Source: Octopus bimaculoides (taxonomy: Eukaryota). Taken from it: a stretch of DNA of 64,000 nucleotides. The stretch is taken from assembly GCF_001194135.2 (NCBI RefSeq), contig NC_068990.1, positions 36,302,376 through 36,366,375 of the forward strand, in the 5' to 3' direction. The position numbers and the translations under genes are program-made. The notes below the pieces were generated by a model, which ran no database searches, was not told where the DNA came from, and saw nothing but the letters and a program-made list of their open reading frames with translations. Position 1 is the first letter of the stretch. Each line of letters opens with the position of its first letter. This document shows positions 1 to 11,946 of the stretch, in pieces.

Positions 1-333
1 TAGAAATAAGGCATCAGTAGTGCTTTTACCTGGCACGAACCCAAACTGCATCTCATCTAAATTGATTTGCTCCCTAATTAGTTGGGCTATGACCCTCTCT
101 GTAACTTTCATAACCTGATCTAACAGCTTGATGCCTCTGTAATTATTTGTATCTAAAGCGTCACCTTTACCTTTGTAGCAGTTGACTATGATGCTGCTAC
201 ACCAGTCATTGGGTATGACTCCTTCGTGTATCACCTGGTTCGTAATACGGGTGACTAGGCTATAGCCAACACTGCCAGATATTTTGAGCATCTCTGCAGT
301 GATTCCTGATGGGCCGGGGGCTTTCCCGGTCTT
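1..333 (-). mobile_element. RTE-clade LINE reverse transcriptase fragment, open for 111 codons and running off the window
   Basis: Minus-strand translation KTGKAPGPSGITAEMLKISG...IPNDWCSSIIVNCYKGKGDALDTNNYRGIKLLDQVMKVTERV...EMQFGFVPGKSTTDALFL has no stop. The 5' end abuts (TA)n at 334. Confidence 0.9.
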
Positions 334-354
334 ATATATATATATACATAACAG

Positions 355-507
355 TTTTCTTTTCAGTTTCCATCTACAAAATCTACTCACAAGACTTTGG
401 TCAGTCCAAGGATATAGTAGAAGACACATGCCTAAGATGCCACACAGTAAAACTGAACCTAGAATGATGAGGTTGGGAAGCAAGTTTCTTACCACACAAC
501 CATGCCT
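355..507 (-). mobile_element. SINE A, 5' half (tRNA-like head)
   Basis: Its reverse complement aligns by eye to 8881-9035 and stops at the internal (TA)n. Confidence 0.8.
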
Positions 508-827
508 TTTTTCCAATTGCTCTACATTCAAAGATTTTGGAAGAGCAAACGAGATTAGCATGTTAAGGATATATTTAACACAACAATGCAAGCGACTTTT
601 CAGTCAGTTGTGACTGTAATAGAAGTCTACTATGTTGTTGAAAGTATTGTTTCTGTACTGATATTGTGGATAAGATTGTTCCAACATTTTCTCAGAATCC
701 CACTATGTTTAAACATGGTAGTGTATAAACACAAAATGGTCATCGCGTGTGATTTGAATAACCCATAATGGCAACACTGTGACAGCAATGGCAGAAATAT
801 TAACACGTTGTACTTTTTAAAAGATAT

Positions 828-864
<37 letters not shown>

Positions 865-1069
865 CACAAAAACAGACATGTGAATGTAAGCTATTACAAT
901 CTTGAAGATTGCTCCAGCATAGTCAGTCCAACATCTGAAACTAGTAAAAACGTTCATAATACATACATACATACATACACAAACACGTATATCTTGATGC
1001 ATCAGCATCTATATATATTTATGTATATACACACATATACATACGTGTATATATACATAAACAAATATG

Positions 1070-1125
<56 letters not shown>

Positions 1126-1183
1126 ACTACAGAGAGATGTTCAAATGTATGCGCATATACATGCAGCTAAGTGTGTATATGTG

Positions 1184-1260
<77 letters not shown>

Positions 1261-1300
1261 ATGTGTGTGTGTGTGTGTTTATATATATATATACTCACAC
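828..1300. repeat. Compound (CA)n/(TA)n/(TG)n microsatellite field
   Basis: Directly visible dinucleotide runs. Similar fields occur at 20400-21390, 25750-25900, 47690-49460, 52700-53250 and 56300-57080. Confidence 0.95.
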
Positions 1301-1695
1301 ATACATGCAACCGCCCACACATGATAAAATGTCTATTATATGGTGGATAACTTAAGACTATAACTCGAAGATAACAGTCCATTAATTATTCATGGGTATA
1401 AAGCTAGCAGCAGCAGTTCCTGCTATAACGGCTCACACACACCTACATTTACATACCATGCAATATTCCTTATCACAACGTTTCAGCAAAAATAAACAGT
1501 TTTTTGTGAAAAATGTTCACTGGAGAATGAGTTGTCTTACTGGAGAGTAAGGAGTGTTTTTATTCAATTCTGGATAGGGTCGGAATGAGAATATTGCCAG
1601 CACTTAAGAGAACAGCTTGAAAGAAACACACACACACACATACATACATAAATGTAAAGAGAGAGAGAGAGGAGATAAGGAGAGAGACAAACTTC

Positions 1696-1757
<62 letters not shown>

Positions 1758-1784
1758 AATATATATCTGAAACTAGTAAAAATG

Positions 1785-1836
1785 TGCTCCAGCATGGCCG
1801 CAGTCAAGTGACTGAAACAAGTAAAAGAGTAAAGAG
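1785..1836 (+). mobile_element. SINE A 3' tail only
   Basis: GTGCTCCAGCATGGCCGCAGTCAAGTGACTGAAACAAGTAAAAGAG matches the end of the 8881-9266 copy. Confidence 0.7.
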
Positions 1837-1865
1837 TAATATATACATACACATATATATATATA

Positions 1866-2090
1866 TTCTTTTATTCTTTTACTTGCATCAGTCATTTGAC
1901 TGCGGTCATGCTGGAGCACCACCCTTAGTCAAATAAGTCGACCTGAGGATTTATTCATTGTGAGCCTAGTACATACTCTATCGGTCTCTTTTGCTGAACT
2001 GCTAAGTTACAGGGACATAACCACACCAACATCGGTTGTCAAGCGACGGTGGGGGGGGGGGCAAACACAGACACACAAACATATCTATAT
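1866..2090 (-). mobile_element. SINE A 3' half
   Basis: Its reverse complement matches roughly 9060-9260. Confidence 0.8.
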
Positions 2091-2304
2091 ATATATATTT
2101 ATATGACAGGTTCAATCCTACTGCATAGCACAATGAGCAAGTGTCTTTCACTATAGTCTAAAATTTGGCAGATGAAACTGTGTGTGTATATGCATGTATG
2201 CATATATANNNNNNNNNNNNNNNNNNNNNNNNNNNNNNNNNNNNNNNNNNNNNNNNNNNNNNNNNNNNNNNNNNNNNNNNNNNNNNNNNNNNNNNNNNNN
2301 NNNN

Positions 2305-2354
<50 letters not shown>

Positions 2355-2479
2355 GGAGAGTGTGTGCCTGTGTATATCAACAATAAAGATATATCACAAG
2401 CACTTATTTCCCCATTTCTATATCAGAATGTAAATATCTATAACAATCAAATAAGCTTTATCACTGAAGATGCACCTAC

Positions 2480-5265
2480 CATTCCGGTAGGTTCCAAAAC
2501 TTTAGGGATACAATTATAAATGTAGACGTGATGTGAGATAAGTGTGGTGAGATTGTGGAGATGCTGGAATGGAGATGAGTGGCGATATACAGTGTGCATG
2601 GGGTAAGATGGAAAAGGCCTGAACCAAACTCATCACAGTGACAGCAGGTGTTGAGTAAGCATTCTGTTAACAGAGAAATGGATATGGTAACTGAGGTAGT
2701 CAAAGTGTGTAATTGGTTAATTAAGACAAGGCTAGTTATAGGCAATTCAATAACATTTACCTCTGTATATGCCGCATAGGCAGGTCTGACAGAAAAATGG
2801 AAACCTGTTTTATGAGGTGGCGAGCTGGCAGAAACGTTAGCACGCCGGGCGAAATGCTTAGCGGTATTTCATCTGCCATTACGTTCTAAGTTCAAATTCC
2901 GCCGAGGTTGACTTTGCCTTTTATCATTTCAGGGTTGATAAATTAAGAACCAGTTACGCACTGGGGGCCGATGTAATTGACTTAATTCATTTGTCCGTCC
3001 CCTCTATGTTTAGCCCCTTGTGGGCAATAAAGAAATAAGAAACCTGTTTTATGAGACTCTTCTGCAGATTACCTCAATGACTATCAACAGTAACTTCATT
3101 ATTGTGACTGGCAGCTTCAATGAACTTGTAAGCCAACACAGTGATGGCTTCCATGGTATAGATGGAGACAATGGATGTGGTTCAACAAATGAGGATGATG
3201 TAAGGCTAGTGGAGTTTTGTGATGCAACTGATTTAACAATTTGCAACATACACTTTAAGAAACCAATCAATTACTTTATCACCTAAAAATCTGGTGGACA
3301 CACAAGTCAGATAGATTGTATTCTCTCCAGGAAATAGGACAGAAGTATTATTGTAAATATGAAAACCTTTCTTAGTGAAAGGAATGCACAATGCAACAAA
3401 GACCAGTGGTTAGTGATTCCAGAGTCAGAGCCATGAAGACACAGAAACAGAAGACAATATGAAGAAAGAAGATATTGAAACTAAAAGATCCTGCAGTTGG
3501 AAATAGGTTTATAGAAACTCTAATGATGCATTTGATCGTAAAAAGAAAAATTTAGCTACCAGTAGCAAAGATGACAACTAGGAATTTCTATGAAATAACC
3601 TGCTTGGGGTTATAGATGAGACATGAAACTGGAGCAAAGTCCTGGCCAAAGTAATGTGGTGGTGGAATGACTTGGTTGATAGGGCAGTAAAGATTAAGAG
3701 ACAGGCTTGGAAAAACTGGAAGAAGGGTAATAGAAGAGAGCATTATTAAATGGATAGAAGGGCAGCTAGGTGACAGGTGTATTTAGCCAAAGGTGAGGCA
3801 GAAAGAAAGAGATTTGTGCATATTCAGCATTGTGAGGATCAGAGACATGAAGTGTTTAGGATTGTGAGACAATATATAAGAGAAAACTGGGATGTCATTA
3901 GTGAGAAGTGTATTTAGAATGATGAAAGTATACTTGCCAATAATATGAAAGATAAGAAAACAGTATGGAAGTGCTATTATGAGAGGTTGTTGTACATGGA
4001 AAATACATGGGATAAAGAGGGGTTACCACATGCTGAACCTACAGAGGGATCTACATGATAGATAAAGTTATTACAGACATAAAGAGAGGGTAAGTTGCAG
4101 GACCATCAAGAACAGTTGCAGAGGTGCTCAAAATATTTGGTGAGGTAGGATACATGGAAACCACCTGGATACTTAATCAAGTTATAGTCATACTCCATAA
4201 CTGGTGTAGCAGTATCATCATAAACTGCTATAAAGTCAAAGAAGTAAAGTAACTGAAGAAGAATCAAATTATTGGACCAGGTTATGAAGATCACAGAAAG
4301 TGTTACAGCACAAATAATAGAGTAGACCTAGAAGAGGTACAAATGACCTGTGAGAGGGTAGACCCCAGTTGAAGTACCACAGATGCAATCTTCCTCATGA
4401 GGCAACCGCAGGAGAAATATATGGCAAAGAATAACCCACTAATCTTGGTATTCATTGACTTGGAGAAAGTATTTGACAGGGTACTACATTCAGTAATTTA
4501 GTGGTCACTAAGGAAAGTATGTGTAGATGAATGGTTTGTGAGGACTGCACAAGTTATATACACAGATGCAGTAAATCAAGTGAAAGCCAGCACAAATATC
4601 AGTGATGAATTTAACACAATGATAGGAGTACATCAAGGTTCAGCCTCCAGTCATCTCCTATTAATCACAGTTCAACATGCAATCACAGAAGAGTTTAAGA
4701 CTGGCTGTCCATGAGAATTCTTATATGATGATGATTTAGTTCTCATACTTTAATCTACTGTGAAATTAAACAGCAAATTCCAGGGATGGAAACTAATTCT
4801 AGAATCATGAGGTCCCAAGGTAAACTAAGCAAAGACAAAGGTTTCGTTAAATATGAAAGAAGACAAGAGCCTGGAAATAAACTCCATATACTGTACTAAA
4901 TATAAGCTATGGACACAGAAGATGTATAGTGGAAACACAAACAGACTAACAGAGAAAACAAAGTTTCATGCATGACAGATGAACTGGAGTAATACATACT
5001 ATGGGCACACCAGAATTAGATTCTCTTAAATGCCTAGATGGTTCACTTAAAGTAATTGATAGGTTTTACTACCTAGGAGATGTAATTAGCAGGGAAGGTA
5101 GTTGCTCTGAAAGTATATTATCCAGGGTAAGAACAGGTTAGAAACAGTTCAGTGAGCCTCTACAGCTTCTGGCAATAAAAAGATCTTTGCCTTTAGAACA
5201 AGAAGCAGATTGCATGATGTTTGCATTAGAACTGCAATACTGCATGGCAGCAAGACATCCATATA
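2480..5265 (+). mobile_element. Old, degenerate RTE LINE (APE endonuclease plus RT), interrupted by a SINE B
   Basis: Broken frames give GEIVEMLEWR*VAI...VRW, IIVTGSFNELV...RLVEFCDATDLTICNIHFKKP, TTDAIFLMRQPQEKY...VFIDLEKVFDRV, EFLYDDDLVL (degenerate YADD) and YLGDVISREG. Many stops and frameshifts. Confidence 0.9.
2817..3038 (+). mobile_element. SINE B, full copy with a 17-bp target site duplication
   Basis: GAAACCTGTTTTATGAG at 2800-2816 and 3039-3055. It has an A-box-like TGGCAGAAACGTTAG, a B-box-like AAGTTCAAATTCC and an A-rich tail. Confidence 0.9.
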
Positions 5266-5271
5266 TGGTGA

Positions 5272-5650
5272 AGGCAAGGCTGTTGTGGCTAAGAAGCCAT
5301 GGGGTTTAGGGTTCAGTCCTAATGCATGGCACCTTGTGCAACTGATTTCTACTACAGCCCCGGGTTGAGCAAAGCCTTGTAACTGGATTTGGAAAGTGAA
5401 AGAAGCCCACCACATATGTAAATATATGTGTGTGTGTATATGTGTCTTAGCTAGACATCACACAATATTTGCAAATGAACACCATTGTCATACAAGCAGT
5501 GTCATTTGTTTGTTTCCAACCTTCCATGGAAGTATATCTTGTCATGGAGAAATATTACCTTGCTTGGAAGCAAGTGGAGGATGGCGTATAGGAAGGGCAT
5601 TAAGCCACAGAAAATCAGCTTCAACTAATTCCATCTGATCCATGCAAGCA
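5272..5650 (+). mobile_element. SINE with an A-type head, a microsatellite and an alternative (RTE-tail-like) 3' half
   Basis: 5272-5410 resembles the SINE A head. After the (TA/TG)n the sequence resembles 53745-53860 and 61235-61420 (GGAAGGGCAT motif) rather than the SINE A 3' half. Confidence 0.55.
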
Positions 5651-5741
5651 AGGAAAAAGGAAAATGATGTACATAACATATATCCATACTACGCACACAC
5701 ACATATATATATATACACATGCATACACAATATATATATAT

Positions 5742-5924
5742 ATGTTGAACTGTGATTAATAGGAGATGACTGGAGGCTGAACCTTGATGTACTCCTATCA
5801 TTGTGTTAAATTCATCACTGATATTTGTGCTGGCTTTCACTTGCCTTACTGCATCTGTGTATATAACTTGTGCAGTCCTCACAAACCATTCATCTACACA
5901 TACTTTCCTTAGTGACCACTAAAT
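5742..5924 (-). repeat. 183-bp inverted copy of 4496-4678
   Basis: The reverse complement matches with 2 mismatches seen by eye. (TA)n lies on both sides. Confidence 0.9.
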
Positions 5925-5931
5925 ATATATA

Positions 5932-6680
5932 TATTCTTATTTTCAATGAGAATTTTACTTGTGAATCCATACCTATGGATTCATCAGCTGGAACCAGTTC
6001 AACTGATTCTAAGTGTATGTGGATAAAGATACAATATCCTTTCTACTATAGGTNNNNNNNNNNNNNNNNNNNNNNNNNNNNNNNNNNNNNNNNNNNNNNN
6101 NNNNNNNNNNNNNNNNNNNNNNNNNNNNNNNNNNNNNNNNNNNNNNNNNNNNNNNNNNNNNNNNNNNNNNNNNNNNNNNNNNNNNNNNNNNNNNNNNNNN
6201 NNNNNNNNNNNNNNNNNAACATCAACAGCTCTTAGGTCTAAATTCCTCTCTCTCTCTCTCCCATATTCTGTTAATTCATTTTTCTCCTTGGGCAAGTATA
6301 CTATCATACTACATATATATATATATATATATAGTTCATATATATAGTATGATAGTATACTTGCCCAAGGAGAAAAATGAATTAACAGAATATGGGAGAG
6401 AGAGAGAGAGAGGAATTTAGACCTAAGAGCTGTTGATGTTGTAATTTTATCCACTGAGACCGACTTTCAGGGTCGATGAAATAAGTACCAGTTGACTATT
6501 GGGGAGGGGGAGGCGATGTAACCAACTAGCCCCCTCCACCAAGAATTTCAGGCCTTGTACCTATAGTAGAAAGGATATTGTATCTTTATCCACATACACT
6601 TAGAATCAGTTGAACTGGTTCCAGCTGATGAATCCATAGGTATGGATTCACAAGTAAAATTCTCATTGAAAATAAGAATA
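5932..6680. repeat. Large palindrome centred on (TA)n near 6330
   Basis: 5932-6053 is the reverse complement of 6559-6680, and 6218-6311 is the reverse complement of 6345-6440. The N gap at 6054-6217 sits where the mirror of 6441-6558 would be. Confidence 0.9.
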
Positions 6681-6699
6681 CAGCAAGCAGTCTTCAAAG

Positions 6700-6860
6700 T
6701 CAACATGGTAATGGAGGATATAAAGGTAAGAAAATAAGCTAGACCATCAGGTGAGAAATAGTTGTAGAAATGTTGAAGATATCCAGCAAAGTAGGACAAA
6801 ACTCTGGTCACTCACATAATTAATCAGGTAGTCTATACTAGGAGGGTGCCATTGTCAAAA
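6700..6860 (+). mobile_element. RTE RT fragment, very degraded
   Basis: Resembles the GPSG...VEMLKISSKVG...LVTHIINQVV segment seen at 1-333. Confidence 0.45.
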
Positions 6861-8880
6861 CCAGTGAGGCAGTTTCATCATTAACTGTTAGAAAATAAAG
6901 GAGATGATCGAGAAACAAGTAACAGTAGTGGCATCAAAGAGATTGACCAGTTATAAAAGTAACAGAAACAACCAGAGCTTAAATGAAATGTAAAGAGTAC
7001 CACTGATGTCTATGACTATTCCATGGACTGCAAGATTGGTAGGAAGAAATATACTCAGAGTGGAGAATTGAACCAAGTGCTTGCAGTAGAACAAACTCCG
7101 CTAAAGAACTCCAAAAACCTATGCTGGGTGTTAAACTGAGTAGCTTGCCAATAACAACAGCAGCCCTTCCTATGGGCTACCATAAAGTTTATGCCGAGGA
7201 AATTTCACTCATAACCTGAGATTTTGGTAAAAGACATTAACTCTGCTGCACCATCGGATTGAATTAAAAAACCACAAAATGAAGAAGAAATCTTAACCAC
7301 ACATTCATGCTTCAACACAACCGAACTAGTAAAGGAACTGGTTTTCTAAAATTCTATGCAAATTTAAACCCGAAGTAGAGAGGACATGGACATTATCACA
7401 GGCATCAGACATTAAAAAAATAAACAAATACGGACAGCTAAGGTCTCAGACCTTAAAAAAGAGAACTCAATGATTTAATGTTTTAAACGAATAAAATATT
7501 TCAGGTTATCATTTTTGTCTACATTTCATACTAATTTCTCCTTTAATATGTAATGAGTGGAGCTCTTTAAGAACGGTCCATTGAGTTTCAAACTGAATGA
7601 CCACTAGAAACGTAGGGAATTCAATTAGAATTCATTTTGTTTCACGTGTTATTATTGTCCTTACTACATGTAAGTACAAACGTTTAACAAATAAACAGAC
7701 ACAGCTTTTATAATAACACTTTCACTAGTTAAGTAAAATAATGAACAACCTAACACTTGCTCCTCGACAATATCCATAGTTAATAATAGTGTGTATTAGG
7801 GCAGAGGTCCAAATGTACGCATGTGTAAGAAAATCAAACAATATGTTTAAGATATATACACTCTCGGTGTGAAAATGTAAATGGGTAAACAGGAGTTTCG
7901 GGCAGTTTAAAAAGTGAATATCATCCTATAAAATATATGTTTATAAACACACACACACACACACATATATATATATGCGTGTATGTATATATAAATTTAA
8001 ATGACCAGGTTAATTGTATTAAGAATAAACACCAAAGAAAACGGAGTATACATAAATTAAATGCCTATATATATGAGCGCATATATATATATGTATATAT
8101 GTATATAGAAGGAGTCTCTACATACCTTCATATATATATACATTTGTGTGAAATAAATCTAATAGTTACTTTATAGCTGGGATAAACCAGTATTCCCTTG
8201 GTAACAACATCAACATCTGTTCTGGTCGTGTTGAACAGGACAGGGAAAACATTGAAGAGTTACTAAGTTGAGAAGTAAAAGTCAATCAGAGTGAACTCCC
8301 TTGCATCAGATTGTATATTTTATATATTTATTTATGCAGTCGTTGTCTTTTATTATTTTCTCTTTCTTTCTCCCTCTCTCTCTCTCTAGTTATTATTTCT
8401 TTTACTTTCCGTTTCACCTTCCTTTCTTTCTCTTTCTCTCAATATTGTCTTACAGACTTTCTTTTCCATTCGATTCTTTTCGCTTTTACTTTCCCCTCTC
8501 TATTTACTTGCCTCTTTTCAATTCTCTCTTTTTCTTTTTCTATATCCTCTACTTTCCGCTTCTTTTCTATATTTTCAGTTTCGCACACCAGTTCTGAATA
8601 TTTTTGAAAATTGCGATACGTATGTAGTTTTTCATGATAATTACGAAAATCATGTTTTACGAGAGATTAAAACTAAAGAAGTTATGTAACTTTAAAAATT
8701 AAAATTTTGGGTAATTTCAAGCTTGTCTGTCATATGTGACAATTTCGAAACGCCGAAATACAGAACTCAAATTTACACGCTAAGTTTCTCTTTCTTTCTT
8801 TCTTTCTTTTTTTTTTTTTGTCTAAGGAGACTATACGTGTTTGAAGATGAAACACATTTAGTGAAAAATTATGAAATAAG

Positions 8881-9266
8881 AGCAGGAGTGGCTGTGTGGT
8901 AAGTAGCTTGCTTACCAACCACATGGTCCGGGTTCAGTCCCACTGCGTGGCACCTTAGGCAAGTGTCTTCTACTATAGCCTCGGGTCGACCAAAGCCTTG
9001 TGAGTGGATTTGGTAGACGGAAACTGAAAGAAGCCCGTCGTGTATATATATATGTGTGTGTGTTTGTGTTTGTCCCCCCAACATCGCTTGACAACCGATG
9101 CTGTTGTGTTTACGTCCCCGTAACCTAGTGGTTCGGCAAAAAGAGACCGATAGAATAAGTACTAGGCTTACAAAGAATAAGTCGTGGGGTCGATTTTCTC
9201 GACTAAAGGCGGTGCTCCAGCATGGCCGCAGTCAAATGACTGAAACAAGTAATGGAGTAAAAGAAT
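8881..9266 (+). mobile_element. SINE A, full-length reference copy (tRNA head, CORE-like CCTTrGGCAAGTG segment, internal microsatellite, A-rich tail)
   Basis: A-box-like TGGCTGTGTGG and B-box-like GGTTCAGTCCC. At least ten related segments occur in this window. The link to described octopus OK/OR SINEs is from memory and unverified. Confidence 0.9.
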
Positions 9267-9642
9267 AATTAAAACGTAATGCGGCCTTTTTAAAGACGAA
9301 GAACGTTTAATGAATGAAAATGTAACAATACACTGAATTAATTTATGGATACTGAAATTTAGTGATGCACTGCAATAGTCTCCGAAATGGGTTGTAGGTC
9401 ACATTTATTGTGTCCGCGCCGCCCTGTATACTTGTAAATGTAAAAATCTATCATAGAACGGAGTTTCATATCGCTCATTTGTTGTTGTTTTTTTTAGAAG
9501 TTCCGCGTGCTTTCCATCTTTTAAGTTCATAAATTCGACGCTGTGATTCACTGTTCTATGCTTAAAGTCGTAGCATGACATCTTTAGGATGTGTGAATAT
9601 GTGTCACAAATCACAATAGGATTAAGCCGCTGGCTTGCATAC

Positions 9643-9710
9643 GTTGTTATGGAAACAAGGTAGTTTCGACTTCCGCTGTGTTATAAATACCAGTATCATC
9701 TGATTGGCTG
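9643..9710 (-). promoter_or_regulatory. Promoter-like motif cluster (RFX X-box, ETS, CCAAT/NF-Y, TATA-like)
   Basis: GTTGTTATGGAAAC at 9643-9656, ACTTCCG at 9669-9675, TATAAATA at 9682-9689 and CTGATTGGCTG at 9700-9710, in a locally CpG-richer stretch. Confidence 0.4.
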
Positions 9711-9859
9711 AATTTGTTTTTAATTTAAAAGGTATCTAATTTCTTAGCTTTAGTTTCGGGAAAGAAGTTACGATTTTCTTAATAAGCATAAAAGATCTAC
9801 ATTTGTGTAGAAACTTTCAAAAACTTTCAATCTGTTGAGAGAAATCAAAAAGACATGGA

Positions 9860-10900
9860 CACACTGTACAGTTGCCCGTAGGGCCTGTGAGTCTGGGGAT
9901 CCAATCCTAATGTATACATGCAGTAGTTATCTGTAGAGGACCTAGTGCATTGCTTCTCCCGTTTGTGGCTATAATACTTTTAACATGGCTCTCCCAAGAC
10001 TGCAATATTGTTAATGAGAAAGCCAGGCTCAAGGTACTTGTAACTCGGGCAATCACCCGAGGCACCGTGTGCTAGGGGGCGCCAAGAAGGACGCGACAAA
10101 GACAAGAAAATTTCCACGACCGTCTGCTTGTGCACGCCGAAGTTCAGCTTGTCCGGGGCGCCAGCAACCCTGGGGCTGGTCCTGTTAATGAGAAGAAGTA
10201 TAGGAAGCCAGACCAGCTCATCATAAGTGAATTTCTGCAGATGTCACAGACTCAGCGCATTCATACGGCACATTAGTTATTACCTATCAAAGCCTTTCTG
10301 CAGGCACTATTGGCAGCATGGAAGGGACCTCTGACAGGGAAAACACAACGCTTCCAAACAAACAAAAAGGGAGAAAAAAAAAAAGAAAGAGCAACGCTCT
10401 GATCTGTTCCCATGTAAACTGGGTGGGGAGTTATAATGGTGAAGTGATATGATATAGAGGCAAAGTAGGTATTTGTACCTCTCTCTAATCTTTCAAAAAT
10501 ATTCTCCTCTCAGCTCCAATTTTGGAAGACTGGTGTCCATACTTCTAATCCCGTGCATCCAAGTTTATATACATCTAGAGGTCTGGACAGAACCGGACCC
10601 AAACACAGCACCTTAAACAGATACTACTGAAGGCCAGCTGTCATGAACTTGCCTCACCAGCAGCCGAGTTACAGACCAACCGATTTGTCCTGTTTAATAC
10701 GTCTTCTTGTTCAACTTCATTTTATTTCAGCATGATGCTAACCACTTCAACTTCCGAGGTGTTCGACAGTAATCGCGTCCCCTTGCTTCCAATTTGAGTG
10801 AAATAATCCTCGACACTTTCAGCTTCTACTGTTGCAGCTCAAGAGCCGTGATGTACTAAAGCAATGGGAGATGACACTTTCGATAGAACAAGTACGGGAT
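9860..10900 (-). mobile_element. Possible ancient CR1/L2-type LINE RT fossil
   Basis: Only frameshifted remnants resembling QGAVLGPVL...MYIN near 10590-10630. Weak. Confidence 0.3.
10019..10184. mobile_element. hAT-type MITE candidate (166 bp)
   Basis: 8-bp direct repeat TTAATGAG at 10011-10018 and 10185-10192, degenerate inverted ends (AAAGCCAGGCTCAAGG / CCCTGGGGCTGGTCCTG) and a GC-rich interior. Confidence 0.45.
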
Positions 10901-10974
10901 GCTAAGTGGTTCCAAATGGTCGCTGCTTATAGTGAACACGGAGTAGCTCTCGCTGTATAATACAGTGATAATAA

Positions 10975-11556
10975 TTGTTGTTGTTGGTACTCCGTCGCTT
11001 ACGACGTCGAGGGTTCCAGTTGATCCGATCAACAGAACAGCCTGCTCGTGAAATTAACGTGCAAGTGGCTGAGCACTCCACAGGCACGTGTACCCTTAAC
11101 GTAGTTCTAGGGGATATTCAGCGTGACACAGTGTGACAAGGCTGACCCTTCGAATTACAGGCACAACAGAAACAGGAAGTAAGAGTGAGAGAAAGCTGTG
11201 GTGAAAGAGTACAGCAGAGTTCGCCACCATCCCCTGCCGGAGCCTNNNNNNNNNNCAAGTGGCTGAGCACTCCACAGGCACGTGTACCCTTAACGTAGTT
11301 CTAGGGGATATTCAGCGTGACACAGTGTGACAAGGCTGACCCTTCGAATTACAGGCACAACAGAAACAGGAAGTAAGAGTGAGAGAAAGCTGTGGTGAAA
11401 GAGTACAGCAGAGTTCGCCACCATCCCCTGCCGGAGCCTCATGGAGCTTTAGGTGTGTTCACTCAATAAACACTCACAACGCCCGGTCTGGGAATCGAAA
11501 CCGCGATCCTATGACCGCGAGTCCGCTGCCCTAACCACTGGGCCATTGCGCCTCCA
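10975..11556 (-). mobile_element. SINE C (tRNA-derived, (CAA)n tail); part of it is duplicated across a 10-N gap
   Basis: Head TGGAGGCGCAATGGCCCAGTGGTTAGGG...GGTTTCGATTCCC carries A and B boxes. It matches copies at 13262, 38407 and 59608. Confidence 0.9.
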
Positions 11557-11740
11557 CGGTGATGATAATAATAATAATAATAATATAGATTTCTAACTTT
11601 GGCATAATAAAGCTAAATATATCAAAGAATATTCTGCATTATTCACAAGTTCATAAATATCGATCATTGCTATTATATGAGTTATTTCCCTTGCTTGTTT
11701 TCATCGAATTTTTAAACATGCTTAATGGGAGTTTTTATAT

Positions 11741-11946
11741 TGGTTTCAAATTTTGGCACAATGCCAACAGGCTCGGGTGGTGGGGAGGCGTAAGTTGATT
11801 ACATCAACCCCGTGCTCGACTGGTATTTATTTTATCGACCCCATAAGGATGAGAAGTAAAGTCGACCTCGGTGGAATTTGAACTCAGAACGAAAAGACGG
11901 GCAAAATACCATTAAGTATATTGTCCGGCGTGCTAACGATTCGCCA
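11741..11946 (-). mobile_element. SINE B
   Basis: Its reverse complement aligns to 2817-3038. Confidence 0.8.

Noticed and set aside
11071-11430. Apparent tandem duplications flanking short N gaps (also near 36240-36345, 38489-39062, 41345-41482 and 56600-56780)
   Set aside because: Near-identical sequence on both sides of a gap is the usual sign of unmerged overlapping contig ends.
11480-11556. tRNA-like sequence with A and B boxes (also the heads of SINE A and B)
   Set aside because: It continues directly into a multi-copy SINE body and I could not form a convincing acceptor stem, so it is a SINE head and not a tRNA gene.
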